Assembly: GCA_963835575.1 (NCBI GenBank)
Contig: CAWIGG010000002.1
Location: 800,001 to 864,000 of the forward strand
DNA: 64,000 bases
Reading direction: 5' to 3'
Source: an uncultured Spirochaetota bacterium
Lineage (GTDB): Bacteria > Spirochaetota > Brevinematia > Brevinematales > JAOACQ01
The notes under the pieces were generated by a model. That model saw nothing but the letters and a program-made list of their open reading frames with translations. It was not told the origin of the DNA and did no database searches. Position numbers and translations under genes: made by a program. Numbering within the stretch: position 1 is the stretch's first letter; each line of letters opens with the position of its first letter. Positions 60,669 to 64,000 of this stretch are shown here, one piece after another.

Positions 60669-60989
60669 ATGAATAAAGGTAAATTATTTAAATTATTAAT
60701 TCTCATTCTTCTGCTCGTTTTATTAGTAATTCTTGTTATTCAAAATTTAACTCCGGTACCGGTTAAATTCCTACTCATCAATATAGAAGGCGTTCCGGTT
60801 ATATCCCTGATACTGTTAAGCCTGTTGATAGGTTATATTTTTGGGTTATTGACATATAATTTATTATTTAGGGGTAAGAAATCTAAAGCGGAGGAAAAAA
60901 CGAAAGCATCTGCTGAAAATAAAAAAATTGAAATTCCTTCGGATAAAATATTAGAAACTAAAAACAAGAAAAAACCAAATAAAAAATGA
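60669..60989 (+). CDS. LapA (DUF1049)-like membrane protein
   Basis: Two TM helices with QN..PV.V.FL; basic tail. Confidence 0.75.
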   Translation: MNKGKLFKLLILILLLVLLVILVIQNLTPVPVKFLLINIEGVPVISLILLSLLIGYIFGLLTYNLLFRGKKSKAEEKTKASAENKKIEIPSDKILETKNKKKPNKK

Positions 60990-62341
60990 AAAAAGTTTTA
61001 TTTCTCTGCGCTAATTGCGGGTATCAGTCTTCAAAATGGCTCGGGAAATGTCCCGAATGCGATTCCTGGAATACTTTTATTGAAGAGGAAATCGATACAA
61101 CCCGATCAAAAAAAAGTACAGGTGATGATTTTAGTGAAAGCAAAAAAACACCGGTTGTTTTACTTTCAGACATTAAGAAAGATGAAAAAGAAAGATCCTA
61201 TTCGGGCATTACCGAGTTTGACAGGGTTGTCGGCGGGATTGTACCGGGGCAGACCATACTTTTATCGGGAGAACCCGGTATTGGAAAATCAACGCTTATC
61301 ATAGAAGCGGCCGGCCAGCTGGCGAAGCAGAATAAAGTCTATTACATTAACGGCGAAGAATCCAATTCGCAGATAAAGCTCCGCGCCGCGCGTCTTGAGA
61401 TTGAGTCGGAAAACCTGTTCTTATACTCGGAAAATAATATCCATTCCATTGTCAATAAATTAAAAAAGGACAAGCCTTCCTTTGTTTTTGTTGATTCCAT
61501 TCAGACAGTATTTTCACCGGATTATGACTCGCTGCCCGGGAGCATTGTTCAGATGAGGGAAACGGCCTATCAGCTGGTGACTTTATGTAAAGAGATCAAT
61601 ATATCTCTGGTTATAGTTGGCCATGTGACAAAGTCCGGGAGCATTGCAGGCCCGAAGGTGATAGAGCATATTGTGGACACCGTATTATTCCTGGAAATGG
61701 ACAACAGAGGTTATTACCGGATACTCCGGAGTATGAAAAACCGCTTTTTTTCCACAGAAGAGCTTGGCTTTTTTACCATGGAAGAAAACGGCCTTAAAAG
61801 CATAGAAAATGTAACGGAAGCCTTTCTCTACGAGCATAATACTTCTGTCAGCGGTATTTCTTTTTTTCCTCTGGCGGAAGGGAACAGGGTCATTCCGGTT
61901 GAGATTCAGGCGCTTACGGCGCCGTCCCAGTTTAATTACCCGAAAAGAACTTCTGACGGTATGGACGTAAACAGGCTTTTTATGCTGATCGCGATTATGG
62001 AAAAAAATTTGAAAATCAATCTATCCCATTTCGATATTTATCTTAATATAACTAACGGGCTCAAGATCCAGGACCCGGGCCTGGACCTGGCGGTCATCAG
62101 CGCCATCTATTCGTCTTATAAAGACCTGCCTTCTTCGCTGGATATCATGCTCTGCGGCGAGGTCGGTCTGACCGGAGAGGTCAGGCCTGTCATGAAAATA
62201 GAAAAGAGAATTACGGAAAGCACAAGAACAGGATTTAAAAAAATTATAATTCCTTATCAGGCCAATAAATTAAAAAAATCAGAAGTGTTTTCCATCATGC
62301 CGGTTAAAAATATCAATGAATGCATTTCTCTTCTGTTTTAG
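60986..62341 (+). CDS. radA: DNA repair protein RadA/Sms
   Basis: C..CG...KWLGKCP.C..W zinc finger, GEPGIGKST, DSIQT, KNRF, GEVGLTGE. Confidence 0.96.
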   Translation: MKKVLFLCANCGYQSSKWLGKCPECDSWNTFIEEEIDTTRSKKSTGDDFSESKKTPVVLLSDIKKDEKERSYSGITEFDRVVGGIVPGQTILLSGEPGIGKSTLIIEAAGQLAKQNKVYYINGEESNSQIKLRAARLEIESENLFLYSENNIHSIVNKLKKDKPSFVFVDSIQTVFSPDYDSLPGSIVQMRETAYQLVTLCKEINISLVIVGHVTKSGSIAGPKVIEHIVDTVLFLEMDNRGYYRILRSMKNRFFSTEELGFFTMEENGLKSIENVTEAFLYEHNTSVSGISFFPLAEGNRVIPVEIQALTAPSQFNYPKRTSDGMDVNRLFMLIAIMEKNLKINLSHFDIYLNITNGLKIQDPGLDLAVISAIYSSYKDLPSSLDIMLCGEVGLTGEVRPVMKIEKRITESTRTGFKKIIIPYQANKLKKSEVFSIMPVKNINECISLLF

Positions 62342-62401
62342 AATCATACATAAGGACAGTTCCAAAACTTGTGGTGAGTTTATCGAACCAACTTAAGGTT
62401 T

Positions 62402-63166
62402 TTAGAGCTGTCCATAAATCATTTTCTTTGTCATACCGCCGTCAACCATGAAATTTGCGCCGGTGATAAAAGAATTACCGGGAGAAGCCAAGAATAGGGC
62501 CAGGGACGCTATGTCCTGAGGCATGCCGGCCCTTCCTGCGGGGTGCTGCAGTTGATCGGCTTTCGAAAGATCAGCGTTATACCGGCCGGATTTCTTTTTC
62601 CATCCGCTGACATCAATCCAGCCCGGGCTGATGCTGTTTACCCTGACATCCGGCCCCAGGCTGAGCGCCAGCGCATGGGTCAATGCGGCAATGCCGCCTT
62701 TTGATGCCGTGTAAGCTTCCGTATCCGGTTCAGACATAAAAGCCCTTGTCGAGGCAATGTTGATGATACAGCCCTTGTTTTGCTTTAAATAAGGGGCCGC
62801 ATATTTTGAACAGAGGAAAGGGCCGGTCAGGTTTACGGAAATAACGCGGTTCCATTCATTAAGAGATAGTTCATTGATGGATTTATTTATGGCAATCGCA
62901 GCGTTATTGACCAGAATATCTATTCTTGTGAAAATTTCAATTGTTTTATTGATCATTGTTCTGACAGATGATTCGTCGGAGACATCGGTCCTGATGAATT
63001 GAAGCCGGTCCGCCAGGTTTAATTCTGCGGCTGTCTCATTGCCCGCCTCTTCATCCAGCTCGGCAATAATAACATTCATTCCATCTGAAAGGTATGCCTG
63101 TGCAATGGCTTTTCCGATTCCCTGTCCCCCGCCGGTGATGACAGCTGTTCTTGTTGATCTATCCAT
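62402..63166 (-). CDS. Short-chain dehydrogenase/reductase
   Basis: TGGGQGIG, NNA, YTASKGG, SPGWI, VDGG. Confidence 0.93.
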   Translation of the reverse strand: MDRSTRTAVITGGGQGIGKAIAQAYLSDGMNVIIAELDEEAGNETAAELNLADRLQFIRTDVSDESSVRTMINKTIEIFTRIDILVNNAAIAINKSINELSLNEWNRVISVNLTGPFLCSKYAAPYLKQNKGCIINIASTRAFMSEPDTEAYTASKGGIAALTHALALSLGPDVRVNSISPGWIDVSGWKKKSGRYNADLSKADQLQHPAGRAGMPQDIASLALFLASPGNSFITGANFMVDGGMTKKMIYGQL

Positions 63167-63541
63167 ATAAGCCTCCAGATACCATAATATATATTTCGTA
63201 ATATATTTTTCATTTTTTCTGTTAATAGTTATATTATAATAAAGGGCGGTTTATCCCTCACCAGTTTGTCGAGCCGCACCAAAGATGCTGACAAACTGGT
63301 GAGGGATGGAAACGCCTAAAATATTGTACTTAGAGAATAAGATGTTCTTAATTCTCTAATATTTTGTTGGTTTTTAGAACTGTCCTTGATTTATTGGTCT
63401 GAAGATAAATTATAATTCTCGATTAAGGGCAGTTCAAAAACATTGGCTATTGGAACTGCCTTTTAATAATTATAAATATTTCAGCGGATAAGAGCAATTT
63501 TCCGGAAAAGATTGATCAAATTTATAAAAGGAGAAATTATT

Positions 63542-64000
63542 ATGAAAAAACCAGGTCCTATTAAAAAGAAAGGCCGCATCAGCAGGGATGATACTCTTGT
63601 TTCAGAAAAAATGCTGAGGGACGCGGTGCATAAAATACTGACAAAAGTTAAGCTCGACCGGTCATGGGATATTCCCTATCTGGCCGGATACAGCCGCAGC
63701 GGCAGAACAATTTATATTGACAGGCACCTGCCGAAATATTTAAAGTTCAAGGGTAAAACCTACAATGTAGACCCGTTTCTCATTCTGCATGAATCTGTTG
63801 AAAAATCCCTCCTGGATGAATTGGGGCTTCACTATCAGCATGCGCATCAGATAGCTCTGCGCGCCGAGGAAGCCGCTGTCAGGGCAGCGGGAATTAAATG
63901 GAGGGTTTATGACAGGTTTATGCAGCAATATATTAAGTGCGCGGGTCATGAAAACCTGCGGAAAATACCCCCGGAACTGGATATTAAGCCGTATCACGAC
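63542..64000 (+). CDS. 3'-truncated hypothetical protein with HExxE motif (absent from the ORF track)
   Basis: AAGGAG RBS; open to window end: MKKPGPIK...DIPYLAGYS...YIDRHLP...LILHESVEK...YQHAHQIA...PYHD. Confidence 0.8.
   Translation, partial: MKKPGPIKKKGRISRDDTLVSEKMLRDAVHKILTKVKLDRSWDIPYLAGYSRSGRTIYIDRHLPKYLKFKGKTYNVDPFLILHESVEKSLLDELGLHYQHAHQIALRAEEAAVRAAGIKWRVYDRFMQQYIKCAGHENLRKIPPELDIKPYHD

Overview
Bacterial chromosomal window from a diderm organism; tamB-bamA-skp, mreBCD, CHASE2 cyclase and Maf-like genes suggest a spirochaete-like lineage (inference only). In order: ppx-ppk1 operon; intact IS66-family element with 8-bp target-site duplication (TSD); complete type I-E CRISPR-Cas locus on the minus strand (cas3-cas8e-cas11-cas7-cas5-cas6e-cas1-cas2; 13 perfect repeats plus 1 degenerate); mreBCD and tRNA-Arg(CCG); housekeeping genes (rlhA-like U32, thiL, sugar ABC permeases, amrS, coaE); PIN/DUF2281 toxin-antitoxin pair; IS256 splitting an outer-membrane protein gene; lipoprotein/FecR/barrel/CHASE2-cyclase cluster; tamB, frameshifted bamA, skp, radA. 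The Cas proteins look canonical; the most unusual signals are non-coding. (1) The CRISPR-Cas locus is bracketed by two inverted copies of a ~375-bp multi-hairpin element with a 107/108-identical core and compensatory changes in its flanks. (2) Twin GACA-N5-YGTC operator plus TATAAT promoter motifs sit at both ends of the locus, one beside a truncated WYL-type HTH gene. (3) Two spacers overlap on opposite strands of one target. (4) The trailer spacer, next to the degenerate repeat, partially matches the 5' end of the locus's own cas1. (5) Several nested families of REP/MITE-like palindromes are dispersed through the window. All calls come from reading the sequence; no database searches were run.
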